The notes: generated by a model not told the origin, from the sequence alone. Positions 41,701-51,689 are shown, counted from the stretch's first letter. The stretch: 64,000 nt of DNA from an uncultured delta proteobacterium (GCA_963823335.1 CAWGLD010000006.1:157595-221594), one strand, 5' to 3'. Numbers and translations are program-made.

Positions 41701-44700
41701 GTGGTGGCAACCCTGAAATAATAGAGCGTGCTGCCGGTAAGCCCCGAAACACTCACGGTGTGAAAAGAAACCATCTCCGCGTCGTTTTCAGCGCTGTCAT
41801 AGCTTCCCCAGGCAGCTGAATTGTCCCCGTATTGGACCTGGCTGTTACCGGGTTCATCTGTTGACCAGGCGATGGTGGCCGAGTTGTTGGTCTTGGCCGT
41901 CACCGTAGGGGGTGACGTGAACTGCGGTGCGGTGACATCCGGATTCGGCAGGGTGACAAAAACGACCTCGCTCGACGTTGCAGGGCCGTTGCCGGAGGCA
42001 TCCGTGGATCCTGCCCGGAAATAATAGGCGGTATTGCCGCTCAAGTTGGTCAGCGTCAGAGAATGGCTGGTCAGCATGGCTGAATCGCTGCGTGTCAGCG
42101 GGTAATTGCTCCAGACACCGCTTTGGGTTCCGTAGCGTACCTGGCTGTTGCTCTCTTCGTCCGTGGTCCACTCGATGGTGGCGGTGGCGTTGGTTTTGAT
42201 TGTCACCGTGGGAGGCAGAACGATCTGGGGCGGTGCCGTGTCCGGGGCTGGATCTGTGGTAAAGGATATTTCACTGGATATCGCGACGTTCCCGGAGAGG
42301 TCACTGGATCCCACCCGCACATAATACAACGTGGATCCAGAAAGACCGGTGATGGTCATGCTGTGGGTCGTAACCATATTACTGTCGGTGGTATTGGAGG
42401 AATAACTTCCCCACGACCCGCTGAACTCGCCGAACTGCACCTCGGAATTGCTGGGCTCGTTCGTCGTCCAGTTAATGATGGCCGAATTGTGCGTCTTGGC
42501 CGTCACCGTGGGTGGTGAATCAAACTGGGGTGGTGTAACATCCGCAGCGGCACCGGTGGTGAACCTCACCTCGGTGGATACGGTGGGTCCGTTGCCTTCG
42601 ATGTCCATGGACCCCACCCGGAAGAAGTACGCTGCGCTGGGATCGAGTCCCGACAGGGTAACCACATGACTGGTCACCATACTGGCGTTGTTCTGACTGA
42701 AAGGGTAGCTTTCCCATGTGGCGGGTAAAAGCTTATTATACCGCACCAGGCTGTTACCGGGTTCGTCCGTGGACCAGGCAATGGTGGCTGTTGATTCGGT
42801 GATGCCGGTGACCGTCGGTGGTGACGTGATGGTGGGCGGCGTGGTGTCGGGCTGGGTGGTAAAACCAAGTTCCGTGTTGGTAGGGTTGTTGTCTCCGGTG
42901 GTGGCCGGGTCCGGGCCGTTTCCGCCCAGATCGGTGGACCCCACCCGAAAATAATATGCCTGATCACTCAGCAGGCCGGTGATCGTCACCGTGTGATGTG
43001 TCACCATAGCGGCGTCGGTTTTCGTTTTGGTGTAGGCAGCCCAGGTACGGGATACCGTGTCGTAGCGCACCTGACTGTTGCTGGGCTCGTTGGTGTCCCA
43101 TGCAATGGTCACCGTGCTTGCCGTAACCCCCGTCACGGTCGGTGCGGACGTTACCACCGGAGGGGTGGCGTCCGGTTTGGTCGCAAATGAGCGGGCCGTG
43201 TTGGTGGGGTTGTTGTCCGTGGTGTAAGCGGGGTTGGGAGTGTTGCCTGCCATATCCGTGCTTCCCACCCTGTAATAATAGGTCTGATTGACGGTCAAAC
43301 CCGTCAGTGTGACACTGTGCTGGGTTACCATGGCGGCGCTGGTGAAGGTTGTCCCAAGCGTTTCCCACGAACCTGCCATGGTATCGAAACGCACCTGGCT
43401 GTTGCCGGTTTCGTCGGTTTGCCACACGATGGTGGCCGTGGTGTCGGTGGTTCCGGTCACCGTGGGGGGCGAGATGACCACCGGCGCCGTGGTGTCGGGG
43501 GTAGCATCCGTGGTAAATGTGCTGTCAGATGAGTGCCGAGGACCATTGCCGGCCGCGTCTGTGGACCCCACCCGGAAGTGGTACAACGTGGCGTCTTTGA
43601 GCAGGGTCAGGGTCACACTGTGATTGGTAACGTAGGTGCTCAAGGAACTGGAACGGGTATAGGACGTGGTTTCTCCAAATTCGACGACACTGGTGGCAGG
43701 CTCGTTGGTTGTCCAAACGACGGTGGCGGTGGTGTCGGTGACGTTTATCGCCGTGGGAGCCGAGGTAATCACGGGCATGGTGGTATCCGGTGCCGGTTCA
43801 GTGGTAAAAGAATAATTGGGCGAGGTTGTGGGGCCGTTACCGGCGATGTCGGTGGATCTGACCCGGAACTGGTAAGTGGTGTTGGAATTCAGCCCTTGTA
43901 TCTGCACGCTGTGGGACACCACGTCTGCACTCAGGGTCCTGGAACTGCCGTAACTGGTGGTAAGACCGTATTGCACGACACTGTCGGAAGGTTCGTCGGT
44001 GGTCCAGGTGACCGTGGCCGTGGTGTCTGTAACACTGTTGGCACCCGGTATGTTGGTGATGACCGGCGGTGTGGTGTCGGTCTGGCCGGCACCGGCCGTG
44101 GTAAAGGTGTCGTCGGCAGATGGATTGGCATCGTTTAAATCGTTGTTGGGTCCAATTCCCTGGGCGCTCACGGCGCTGACCCTGAAATGATAGGTCGTGC
44201 TGGATGTCAAACCCGAGATCGTCACCAGGTGATCGGTGACATACTGGGTCGATGGCGGCACCGGAGCGGTGGAACCGTAAGCGCTCGTTGCCCCGTATTC
44301 GACGATGCTCGTGCCGGGTTTGTCCGTGGTCCAGGAAATCGTGGCTGTATTTTCAGTTACAGATAGGACTGTCGGTAAAGATGTCACCTGGGGCGCAGCA
44401 GTGTCGACTTCCAGGGAGGGGTCGCTTTCAAATCCCTCGTCATCGACAGCTGACACGACAAAGTACATGGGAGGCATATATTCCCCGGGAGACGGGTCCT
44501 GAAATATTATTGTGTGCCGGGGAGCAGTCGGATCAAAATTGCCCGAGGCAACGTTGAGGATCTCATCTCTGTCGTTGTCGGAATAATCGCCGGAAGTGGT
44601 GCTCCAATAGAATCGATAGGTGGCCACGTTATCATTGGTGTGATTGGGATCCCATTGAAAGGTATAGCTGACATCGGCATAACAGGGAACTGCAACCAGT

Positions 44701-44765
44701 AGCAGAAAAATGAAAAGGGATATCCCTTTATAGAACCGATGATTGAACGAAAAAAGCATTTTCAT
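38799..44765 (-). CDS. Large secreted surface protein with 13 FN3-like (purple acid phosphatase N-terminal type) repeats and a CFI tail
   Basis: Signal peptide; 13 repeats of TATIxWxT(D/N)EPxNSxVxY..H.VT.T.L..Y.FRVGSTD.GN; DxDxDG Ca-binding motifs; ends ANCFIGLVK. Confidence 0.9.
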   Translation of the reverse strand: MKMLFSFNHRFYKGISLFIFLLLVAVPCYADVSYTFQWDPNHTNDNVATYRFYWSTTSGDYSDNDRDEILNVASGNFDPTAPRHTIIFQDPSPGEYMPPMYFVVSAVDDEGFESDPSLEVDTAAPQVTSLPTVLSVTENTATISWTTDKPGTSIVEYGATSAYGSTAPVPPSTQYVTDHLVTISGLTSSTTYHFRVSAVSAQGIGPNNDLNDANPSADDTFTTAGAGQTDTTPPVITNIPGANSVTDTTATVTWTTDEPSDSVVQYGLTTSYGSSRTLSADVVSHSVQIQGLNSNTTYQFRVRSTDIAGNGPTTSPNYSFTTEPAPDTTMPVITSAPTAINVTDTTATVVWTTNEPATSVVEFGETTSYTRSSSLSTYVTNHSVTLTLLKDATLYHFRVGSTDAAGNGPRHSSDSTFTTDATPDTTAPVVISPPTVTGTTDTTATIVWQTDETGNSQVRFDTMAGSWETLGTTFTSAAMVTQHSVTLTGLTVNQTYYYRVGSTDMAGNTPNPAYTTDNNPTNTARSFATKPDATPPVVTSAPTVTGVTASTVTIAWDTNEPSNSQVRYDTVSRTWAAYTKTKTDAAMVTHHTVTITGLLSDQAYYFRVGSTDLGGNGPDPATTGDNNPTNTELGFTTQPDTTPPTITSPPTVTGITESTATIAWSTDEPGNSLVRYNKLLPATWESYPFSQNNASMVTSHVVTLSGLDPSAAYFFRVGSMDIEGNGPTVSTEVRFTTGAAADVTPPQFDSPPTVTAKTHNSAIINWTTNEPSNSEVQFGEFSGSWGSYSSNTTDSNMVTTHSMTITGLSGSTLYYVRVGSSDLSGNVAISSEISFTTDPAPDTAPPQIVLPPTVTIKTNATATIEWTTDEESNSQVRYGTQSGVWSNYPLTRSDSAMLTSHSLTLTNLSGNTAYYFRAGSTDASGNGPATSSEVVFVTLPNPDVTAPQFTSPPTVTAKTNNSATIAWSTDEPGNSQVQYGDNSAAWGSYDSAENDAEMVSFHTVSVSGLTGSTLYYFRVATTDAAGNGPSVSNEITFRTDTDPDLTAPRITSPPTVTDKTVGTATIEWETDEPSNSEVRYDINSLDWVTYRYIENDSDMVTSHSVTITGLDLLTGCDSGGCRIYLMVGSTDAAGNGPDPDGDDTNNPFSEDTFTTEVEPDDSAPVVISGPTVAAVDSETAIIEWQTDEPSNSIVKYGLESATWTTYTHSEDDAALVTQHSVTLTNLNNFVVYETEYVPIYDDDGNVIGQEEVTVAVPVCAQGDCTFYYRIGSTDALGNGPTLNQSASNPSGEETFKTKQSPDNAAPIVSNVNVAWVTNKTALITWQTNEPGNSQVRYGQSAASWETYTGSENDPDMVMNHSLTITALQPLTRYYFRAGSTDARGNGPAPSIEGQFSTADGPDESAPQISNFFVQPTSGETALATWTTDEPSNSQVRYDTRSRLWDAYAYSENDAGMTTQHSVTLTGLSPSTLYYVRVSSTDASGNNYATSTNDENASVERNLTTTTEDPPSIVEYPETKYPRLDASANTIEITYDELNMQGAEVKGNYTLSPVLTFASPGNPVVLVSTAGGQSTYRMSFVAVEAYTIYNLTVRNEITDADGYRVQPNTVRINDNDADDLPDDWEALFGLDTNSGDPTVGQGRDGDNDEDGYSNYEEFINNTDPTSNKSSPAPSDILQVMPHDQAGLADVFRVPNNSSFAIFISGTGGIDIATQDRVMFRIDDGTHPSYEVGLGNTQVVRTIKMDETDLDTAVSQLWVVYDRPLDTYGVFDFDALVSITATVTNNTNNITEETYSFKVESEAEHMDATDPDQLPTYEALGPGDPAFVDANETYNAGFGITDGDMAGTKLVYNTADIAPALGPTGELPVFNVTNAIGVGDSINLQPPTVFSTPVKLIVPTPGKNDVSGIGVYFYNGVEWVLGCDSKGKATIDGWMVPGSRVNASGRIQLKVYHFSGIQAAVVERSAGGGDAGDDGVPEEEVANCFIGLVK

Positions 44766-44871
44766 GATTCATTTCCTTAGCGATGAGAATATGTCTAAAC
44801 ATACCAAAGCATTAAGTCATTGAACCGCGATGTATCGATAGTATTACTCCGGCGGTTAAATACCCTACGGT

Positions 44872-44935
44872 CGTCATTCCCGCGAAGGCGGGAATCCAGA
44901 AAGACACTGGATGCCGGATCAAGTCCGGCATGACG
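44872..44935. repeat. ATTCCC-N8-GGGAAT (dRS3-like) palindromic element
   Basis: CGTCATTCCCGCGAAGGCGGGAATCCAG-aaagaca-CTGGATGCCGGATCAAGTCCGGCATGACG, nested in an imperfect inverted repeat at 44842-44965. Confidence 0.75.
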
Positions 44936-45204
44936 GAGTTGGCTATTTAGTCGCCAGGTTAATATTATCCAAATTGAACGATTGCCGAGGCTACAGTAGC
45001 AACAAGGTGTTAATAATAATCATAGCAAATCGACAACATATTAACTTTTTTTATAGTACCGTCCATGAAAACAAAAAGATGAGAATTGAATTCTTAGTCC
45101 AATTTATCTTTTAAGTCAAGATGTTACACAAAATGAACATCTATGAGGCAATTTTCATTGAATAAACAATAGCATTTTTCATGCCAGGAAGGATTGTTGA
45201 TCGT

Positions 45205-45373
45205 GTTAGACGTAAGATGTGAGACGTGGGAGGATTGTGAGATGCATGACGTGAGACATAAATCGTAAGATGTGAGATGTAAGACGTGAGACATAAACCG
45301 TAAGACGTAAGATGTTAGACGTGAGACGATGCTCGCAGCTTCCCGTCTTGCGTCTAACATCTTACGTCTCACG
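45205..45373. repeat. Family H, copy 2
   Basis: Long GTGAGAC/GTAAGAT array, centre GACGATGCTCGCAGCTTCCCGTC, inverted tail. Confidence 0.85.
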
Positions 45374-45524
45374 CTCTTATTTAGAAGCTATCTCAAAAAT
45401 GTCTTTTGGCCCAAATTCTGCGTTGGGCTCCTGTTTCAAATCCTCAAAATACATCAGTATTCCTGCGGGTTAAAACTTGATCCCGCCTTAACTTTGAACC
45501 AAAATCATATTTTTGAGATGGCTT

Positions 45525-47204
45525 CTAATAGGCTCCCTTCCTCCTCAACACCACAAATATCGTTTCAAACAAGGTGCTGAAATCGATTTCTAAGTTGCGG
45601 TTGTAGATGTAATAGAGGTCCAGCAGGATCATGTCGTCGAAGGATACGGAGCTCCTGCCGGCCACCTGCCAGAGACCGGTGATACCAGGGCGAACCATGG
45701 TGCGTTTCTTGTGCCATTTCTGATAGACTTCATATTCGTATGGCAAACAAGGTCTGGGCCCTACCAGGCTCATTTCGCCTTTGATGACATTGATAAGTTG
45801 GGGCAATTCGTCGAGGCTCAGTTTTCGCAATAGTCTGCCTACCCTGGTCACACGGGGATCGTCCGTAATCTTGATCGGGTTGTCTTGACTGTTGCTGACG
45901 TCGATCTCGCCTTTGATCAGGCGGGTAACATAATCTTTGTGCATGTCATGACTGCATTCGATCTGCATGGATCGATATTTGTACATCTGAAACGGCTTTT
46001 CGTTCTTCCCGATGACTTTGGCTTTGTAAAATACCGGCCCTTTGGAATCCAGCTTGATGGCCAGAGCGATGAGCGTGAACAACGGCAGTAACAATATAAA
46101 AACCGGCAAAGCGATCAGCGCGTCGAGGGTGTGTTTCATTTTGTTGACAAGCCACATGTTTTTGTTTGTGTTCAAGCGGATCATCTGGATACCACAAAAA
46201 TTATCGATCCACAGTTTGATGTCGATGATGGGCATGAGTTTGGGCTGAAACCAGACCGTAACACCAACCGAAGTACAAAAATCAACCAGTGACACCAACA
46301 GGGGTTTGTCGATGGTTTCATCGGTTACAATCAGTTCATCGATGTTTGTCTTCGAACATATATCCGGGAGCTTGTTCAATACTCCCAGGCTCAGTTTTGG
46401 AATTGTCGTGTTCAAGCCGGGCCCTTTCTCGGGGCCGACAATACCACAAATCCAAAAGGGGGCATTGTTGGCAATGATGTGGTTGGAAAGATCTACTGCT
46501 TCGGTATTGGAACCCACGATCAACACCTGGCGTCTGAAAGTTCGCGCCATCCAGACACTGAACACCACATGCACCAGAAATGCCCGGAAGACAACCACAA
46601 GGACGCAACAAAAAAGAAACCCCAACAGCAGGGCTGTGCCGTTGGTGATGACCGCCGGCACATTCTCCGAATCCATGAGGCTGAATATGCCGGTGGTAAG
46701 AAAACTCAAGCCGAGGACCCTGAGAATGTTCAACAGGTGTTCGCTCATAAACCGGCTCAACAGCAACAAGGTCAGAGCAAATAAAAACAGTACCGGCACA
46801 AAATACATGTTGCTCGGAATCTGGGGCCAAGCATACAAAGAGACTATGAGTAGTATGGTTACCATACTTGAAACAAGCGATTTCCCAAGTTGAATCAGAT
46901 GCAGTTTGCGGGAGAAAATCCGATGATAGCTGTAAAGATCGAAGGTGATAAAAAACGATATGGAAATCAGCGCGAACACAGCCAGACTGACTGTCTGCAC
47001 CCATCGAATACCGAAATCAAAATCGAACCCGCTGATTCGTGCGCCCAGGGCAAAAGCCGTAAACGCCACGAACGTATCCACCAGAAACAAAACCGTCTTA
47101 TAGTTGAAATACCGTGTCCGTTTCAATCGATTCAAGCTCTCAATCTTCTTGGGTGATAACAGCAGTGATTCTGCAACGCATCCAACATCGGTATATTCCG
47201 ACAT
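45525..47204 (-). CDS. Priming glycosyltransferase (polyprenyl glycosylphosphotransferase, WcaJ/WbaP-like)
   Basis: N-terminal TM segments; [30 protein letters not shown] and [10 protein letters not shown]. Confidence 0.93.
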   Translation of the reverse strand: MSEYTDVGCVAESLLLSPKKIESLNRLKRTRYFNYKTVLFLVDTFVAFTAFALGARISGFDFDFGIRWVQTVSLAVFALISISFFITFDLYSYHRIFSRKLHLIQLGKSLVSSMVTILLIVSLYAWPQIPSNMYFVPVLFLFALTLLLLSRFMSEHLLNILRVLGLSFLTTGIFSLMDSENVPAVITNGTALLLGFLFCCVLVVVFRAFLVHVVFSVWMARTFRRQVLIVGSNTEAVDLSNHIIANNAPFWICGIVGPEKGPGLNTTIPKLSLGVLNKLPDICSKTNIDELIVTDETIDKPLLVSLVDFCTSVGVTVWFQPKLMPIIDIKLWIDNFCGIQMIRLNTNKNMWLVNKMKHTLDALIALPVFILLLPLFTLIALAIKLDSKGPVFYKAKVIGKNEKPFQMYKYRSMQIECSHDMHKDYVTRLIKGEIDVSNSQDNPIKITDDPRVTRVGRLLRKLSLDELPQLINVIKGEMSLVGPRPCLPYEYEVYQKWHKKRTMVRPGITGLWQVAGRSSVSFDDMILLDLYYIYNRNLEIDFSTLFETIFVVLRRKGAY

Positions 47205-47223
47205 TTTTCCTGGTCCTTCCCAA

Positions 47224-47264
47224 ATAAAAAGGTGGCCGATTTTATCGCTCGCGACGATGTCGCT
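47224..47264 (+). repeat. Family C element, copy 6 (degenerate hairpin 1)
   Basis: ATAAAAAG-gtggc-CGATTTTAT cgct CGCGAC-gat-GTCGCT, upstream of the start at 47204. Confidence 0.65.
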
Positions 47265-47497
47265 CTATTGATAAGAAATCCACCAAAAGCCATACATTGT
47301 TTGGCATCCTGTCTTTATACTTCAATTTTTATGCCAATTGACCTTATCATCCGGAAGAATTTTGAATTAGCAAATATTTCAATGGATAACATGCCATTAA
47401 TTAAATTATTTTTCAATGGGTCATGATAGGTGCTATCGATATGTTGAAAGGAGTTACATAGAAGGTGTGGTATAAAGTATATATACTTTTTCGTAGC

Positions 47498-47667
47498 GTT
47501 AGATGTGAGACCTAATAATTGCCGTTAGATGTAAGACGATGCTCACTTTAAAACATCGTGAGACGTTAGAAGTAAGACGTGAGACGATGCTATCAGCTCT
47601 ACGTCTCACGTCTCACATCTCGCTTCTCACGCTCTTGATCTTATGTCTCACCTCTCATGTTTCACGC
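47498..47667. repeat. Family H, copy 3
   Basis: Shares a block of about 70 bp with copies 1 and 6; merges with the four-helix gene stop codon. Confidence 0.85.
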
Positions 47668-48018
47668 CACTCTGGCAGCAATAGACTTTATCAACCCACT
47701 CAATAGTGCAAAAACTTTGTCAGCCTGTTGCAACAGTTCAGTATCTTTCGAAATATATCTAATATCAATAGCAATTAACAATTGGGTCTCGAGCTCACTC
47801 AAGGAGCCTCTCGCGATGTACAGAAATTGAAGGTATTCCTTTTTGCTGTTTCGAGCAGCGCCTTCTGCTATATTCGAAGGCACAGACACTGCCGCCCTAC
47901 GAATCTGACTCGTCAAACCATAGTTTTCATCTTTTGGGAAAACTTTTGTCGCTGTATATACCTGCTTGACCAAGGCCATGGATTCTATCCACACGTTTAA
48001 TTTTTGATGGCTCCGCAT
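47662..48018 (-). CDS. Four helix bundle protein (TIGR02436 / 23S-IVP / Avd-like family)
   Basis: HQKLNVW, FPKDENYGLTSQIRRAAVSVPSNIAEG, FLYIARGSLSELETQL. Confidence 0.95.
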   Translation of the reverse strand: MRSHQKLNVWIESMALVKQVYTATKVFPKDENYGLTSQIRRAAVSVPSNIAEGAARNSKKEYLQFLYIARGSLSELETQLLIAIDIRYISKDTELLQQADKVFALLSGLIKSIAARVA

Positions 48019-48047
48019 TCTTCATTCCTTACTGCAAATAAAAGATG

Positions 48048-48153
48048 GTTAGACGTAAGATGTGAGATGTACTGTTAGACGATGCTATCAGCTCTACGCT
48101 CACGTCTCACGTCTTACATTTCACGTCTCACGCTTCTGGTCTTACCTCTCACG
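48048..48153. repeat. Family H, copy 4
   Basis: GTTAGACGTAAGATGTGAGATG..GACGATGCTATCAGCTCTACG..TCACGTCTCACGTCTTAC. Confidence 0.85.
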
Positions 48154-49258
48154 CTTTTGTTTTAGCTCTAAATAGAGCCCCAACCCATCCTCCTGCCGTA
48201 TTCAACACCAGATCGTGTAAATTCGAGCTCCTGGACGGTATCCACGCCTGCACAATTTCAATGCCCAGGCTCAGTATAAAACAGAACAGGACAGTCAGGA
48301 GCATTGCACCCTTGTCGAACCGCCCTAGGTAACAACTCAAAACAACGGCAAGAACGAACCCCAGGGGGATGAATCCTACCAGGTTGACGGCCAGATCCAC
48401 GTAAAGACTGCGGTTAAACTTCAGGCTGCGCCAGGGTACTTCGAGAATGCGCTTTTGAAGTACCTGCATTTTTCGTGGAATCTCGAGATGGGCGCTATTT
48501 CCTGACCGGTCTGCTGCTTGTGTCCCCTGCCCCTCTTCAAAGGTGTACAGCAAGGCCGGTTGGTGTGCCTCGGCAAACATAAAACTTTTTACGGCAGACC
48601 ATTGCTCGAAATGAGATACAGCCTCATCGTCAGTCAAGACACGGTCGTACAGCGCCAGACCATGAATTTCCCCTTCCCAGGAATTGTTCCCATAAACGGA
48701 ATTCCCCAGTGTCAAGCGCGTGTTTTCTCCTTTCGGTAACCGGAGTATCAACTTTGAGTCTGATTTTGCGATATGACCATCAATATAAATCCTGGTACCT
48801 TGCTTCCCAGTCGTTATGGACATGAATATGGAATTACCCTTTTGAAAAGCCGTGTCCACCGAGATTCTGGGATCCTTTCTCTTGTGACTGTAATCATCGC
48901 CATTCATGACAATGATATGCGAACGCCACTGCCCTGCTATCAGCTGATTTCGATCCTTGCCATCATGAATGGAGAAAAGAAAGCCAAAATCCCCACGATT
49001 ACTCTCCATGGATTTAAAGGAAAATTCTATTGTGAAACCATTTTCAAAAATAGCATCACTTTCTGATTGTTTTATGAAAGGCTTCGCAAAAGCAAGTCCA
49101 TAATCGCTGAACCTGACACCCGCTTCCCCTTTCAGCCATGTCACGCCGTTTTCAAATTTAAAGTTTTTGGGCCGCAAACCCAAAAAGAGAATGCCGATCA
49201 TCAAGATTAGCAATATCCACAGCCATATCTTTTGATGCTTATCTTTCACATTGAACAT
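48149..49258 (-). CDS. VanZ-family membrane protein with a periplasmic LamG/concanavalin-like domain
   Basis: N-terminal TM; LamG-like WEGEIHGLALYDRVLT; VanZ DLAVNLVGFIPLG..IEIVQAWIPSRSSNLHDLVLN. Start set at 49258 because the upstream extension is a translated family H repeat. Confidence 0.85.
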   Translation of the reverse strand: MFNVKDKHQKIWLWILLILMIGILFLGLRPKNFKFENGVTWLKGEAGVRFSDYGLAFAKPFIKQSESDAIFENGFTIEFSFKSMESNRGDFGFLFSIHDGKDRNQLIAGQWRSHIIVMNGDDYSHKRKDPRISVDTAFQKGNSIFMSITTGKQGTRIYIDGHIAKSDSKLILRLPKGENTRLTLGNSVYGNNSWEGEIHGLALYDRVLTDDEAVSHFEQWSAVKSFMFAEAHQPALLYTFEEGQGTQAADRSGNSAHLEIPRKMQVLQKRILEVPWRSLKFNRSLYVDLAVNLVGFIPLGFVLAVVLSCYLGRFDKGAMLLTVLFCFILSLGIEIVQAWIPSRSSNLHDLVLNTAGGWVGALFRAKTKA

Positions 49259-49279
49259 TCGAATCCAGTTAAATACACG

Positions 49280-49403
49280 GTTAGACGTAAGACGTGAGAT
49301 GTGCAGCAACAAAGGATCGTTAGATGTAAGACGCAAGACGTGAGACGGGCTAATCTCTTCACGTCTCACGTTTAACGTCTTACTTCTCACGTCTTACATC
49401 TCA
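49280..49403. repeat. Family H, copy 5
   Basis: GTTAGACGTAAGACGTGAGAT...CACGTCTCACGTTTAACGTCTTACTTCTCAC. Confidence 0.85.
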
Positions 49404-49430
49404 AGTTTACCGTCTCCCCGTTCCATTTAT

Positions 49431-49672
49431 TCACCACAAAGACGCAGAGGACGCAAAGGATTTTCTTTTTTATCTTGATCGCTGAGACGCCGATCAAGAT
49501 AAACCACCATGCCCTGCGGGCAGGATAATTAATCGTAATCTTAGATAGATGGTCAGACAAACTTAAGGCAGTGAATGATTGATTTTCCGAAGGAATAAGA
49601 TCTTTTGATTTTCGGCGTCTCAGTGAAAATCAAAAAAATATGTTCTCTGCGTCCTCTGCGTCTTTGCGGTGA
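49431..49672. mobile_element. MITE-like structured element (family E, ACGCAGAGG/ACGCAAAG repeats)
   Basis: TCACCACAAAGACGCAGAGGACGCAAAG...CTCTGCGTCCTCTGCGTCTTTGCGGTGA; hairpin loops GCTGAGACGCC and GGCGTCTCAGT; mini-hairpins TGCCC-tgc-GGGCA and TTCC-gaa-GGAA. Confidence 0.85.
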
Positions 49673-49685
49673 GTTTTCTTTAATC

Positions 49686-50600
49686 TCAGTCCTCAGTGCT
49701 GCTCTTCAACTCCCCATATAGCCTATTTAGCATGTGCCGCAAATTCTCTTCCCACGGTTTTCGTTTGATACCGAAAGCGCGTTGAATCTTGTCACAAGAC
49801 AAGACCGAATTGGGCGGCCGTGGGGTGGGTGTAGGGTATTCCTGAGTTGTTATGGGGATCAGTTCTTGAAGTGCCAGTGTTTCATACCTGGAGGCAATTT
49901 TGAATATCGTCTCTGCAAAGCCATACCATGTCGTTTCACCCTTGTCGCAAAAGTGATATGCGCCCCAGGCATCAAAATTGTCGTTTTCATGTATCTTCCG
50001 GCAAATGGTTAAGACAGCAGAGGCCAATTCTGCGGCACTGGTCGGGCAGCCACGTTGATCGTTAACGACCTTTATTTCCGTCCTTTCGCGGCCCAGACGT
50101 AGCATCGTTTTTACAAAATTGTTGCCATGTACCCCATAGAGCCAGGCTGTACGGATAATGATGTGTTGTCTTGTGGCAGCTGCCACACGCTTCTCACCCT
50201 CGGCTTTGCTTTGCGCATAGATGCCCACCGGAGACATGGCGTCATCCTCGTCGTAGGCGCCGTGTTTCAACCCATCGAAAACATAGTCGGTTGAAATGTG
50301 AACAAAGGGTATGGATTTTGAATGACACACGGTCGCAAGATGATACGGCCCGTCACTGTTTACGGCAAAGGCTATCGGGGCGTCCTTTTCGGCCTGGTCC
50401 ACAGCCGTGTACGCTGCCGCATTGACCACCACGGAAAATGTCTGTTCTTTAAAGTAGGTCTGAACCGCAGATACGTTGGTGATGTCCAGTTCGTCAACGT
50501 CTATCCCGACAATGCCGCAGTCTTCCGTTTTCCCTTGCCGAACAATCTCCCGACCCAACTGTCCTTTAGCACCAATTATGAGTATGCTGTATTTTTTCAT
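49686..50600 (-). CDS. rfbD: dTDP-4-dehydrorhamnose reductase
   Basis: GAKGQLG, NAAAYTAVDQAE, HISTDYVFDG, YAQSK and DQRGCPT. Confidence 0.95.
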   Translation of the reverse strand: MKKYSILIIGAKGQLGREIVRQGKTEDCGIVGIDVDELDITNVSAVQTYFKEQTFSVVVNAAAYTAVDQAEKDAPIAFAVNSDGPYHLATVCHSKSIPFVHISTDYVFDGLKHGAYDEDDAMSPVGIYAQSKAEGEKRVAAATRQHIIIRTAWLYGVHGNNFVKTMLRLGRERTEIKVVNDQRGCPTSAAELASAVLTICRKIHENDNFDAWGAYHFCDKGETTWYGFAETIFKIASRYETLALQELIPITTQEYPTPTPRPPNSVLSCDKIQRAFGIKRKPWEENLRHMLNRLYGELKSSTED

Positions 50601-50615
50601 ATTACCTTCAATGTT

Positions 50616-50835
50616 CGTGAGACGTTAGAAGTCAGAGGTAAGACGATATTCACTATTAAAACAGCGTTAGACGTTAGAAGTAAGATGTTAGACGATGCTC
50701 ACTTAAAACATCGTTAGACGTAAGATGTGAGACGTTAGACGATGCTATCAGCTCTACGTCTCACGTCTTACATCTCACGTCTCACGTTTCTCGCCTCACT
50801 TCTTACATCTCACGTTTCTCGCCTCACATCTCACG
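50616..50835. repeat. Family H, copy 6
   Basis: Longest copy; fills the whole rfbC-rfbD gap and supplies the rfbC TGA stop. Confidence 0.87.
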
Positions 50836-51400
50836 CTTTCGGTCTATAGTTGTATTCCGGCAAATCCTGATCAGGAATATTTTTCAACAAAGGATACTGA
50901 GCGTCCTTTTCCGAAAGCACCGGCACTTTTACCGGCCAATCGACACCGACGCCCGGGTCCGACCACAAAACACCCTTTTCGCATTCAGGCGTATAAAAAT
51001 CACTGCATTTGTATGAAAATACGGCTTTGTCGCTCAACACGCAATAACCGTGGGCAAATCCTTCTGGAACGAACAGCTGCCGATGATTCTTCTCAGACAA
51101 ACCAATTCCACTCCAATGCCCAAATGTGGGAGACCCACGCCGAACGTCCACAATCACATCCAGCACCTCCCCCTGAAGAACCTGCACCAGTTTTGCCTGG
51201 GCGTGCGGATACTGGTAGTGGAGACCCCGCAAGGTTCCCCTGGTTGAAAAAGAGAGGTTGTCCTGAACAAAGGTTACACTGATGCCGAATTCACGGTAAC
51301 GTTTTTCCTGAAACGTTTCCAAAAAGTACCCACGATTGTCCGGGAATACATCCGGCTCGATAATCTTCACCCCTGGAAGTTCAATCTCGATAATTTTCAT
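50831..51400 (-). CDS. rfbC: dTDP-4-dehydrorhamnose 3,5-epimerase
   Basis: DNRGYFLE, VQDN, LRGLHYQ, QAKLV, PEGFAHG and LSEKD. Confidence 0.95.
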   Translation of the reverse strand: MKIIEIELPGVKIIEPDVFPDNRGYFLETFQEKRYREFGISVTFVQDNLSFSTRGTLRGLHYQYPHAQAKLVQVLQGEVLDVIVDVRRGSPTFGHWSGIGLSEKNHRQLFVPEGFAHGYCVLSDKAVFSYKCSDFYTPECEKGVLWSDPGVGVDWPVKVPVLSEKDAQYPLLKNIPDQDLPEYNYRPKA

Positions 51401-51442
51401 TAATAGCCTTGTAGCATTTGGATGAGAAAGTTCTTTATTCTT

Positions 51443-51689
51443 AGACAGGATTAACAGGATTTTGCAGGATTATCTTTTTTCTTTCTCTCTTTCCGGACGA
51501 AAGAGAGAAAACTCAATCCACTTTCGGTGGAAAACCATATAATGTGATTCAATCATTCACACGAATAAGTAATATATTTTTATGAGACGTTTAATTCATG
51601 ATGTGGATGGATATTTAGTTATCGCCAGAGGCGATGGAATCTTTGCGATTTCGTCTGGAAATCGCAAATAAATCATGTCAATCCTGTCA
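51443..51689. mobile_element. MITE-like structured element (family F, ACAGGATT repeats)
   Basis: GACAGGATTAACAGGATTTTGCAGGATT...AATCATGTCAATCCTGTC; hairpin loops CCGGACG and CGTCTGG; mini-hairpins TCCAC-tttcg-GTGGA and ATCGCC-aga-GGCGAT. Confidence 0.82.

Noticed and set aside
26261-48018. Four-helix-bundle genes as Avd of a diversity-generating retroelement, or as 23S rRNA intervening sequences
   Set aside because: No reverse transcriptase, no TR/VR pair differing at adenines, and no rRNA sequence in the window.
7633-49390. Extended starts at 7633, 17579, 27634 and 49390
   Set aside because: The extensions translate repeats or lack an RBS; downstream in-frame ATGs at 7774, 17678, 27697 and 49258 fit better.
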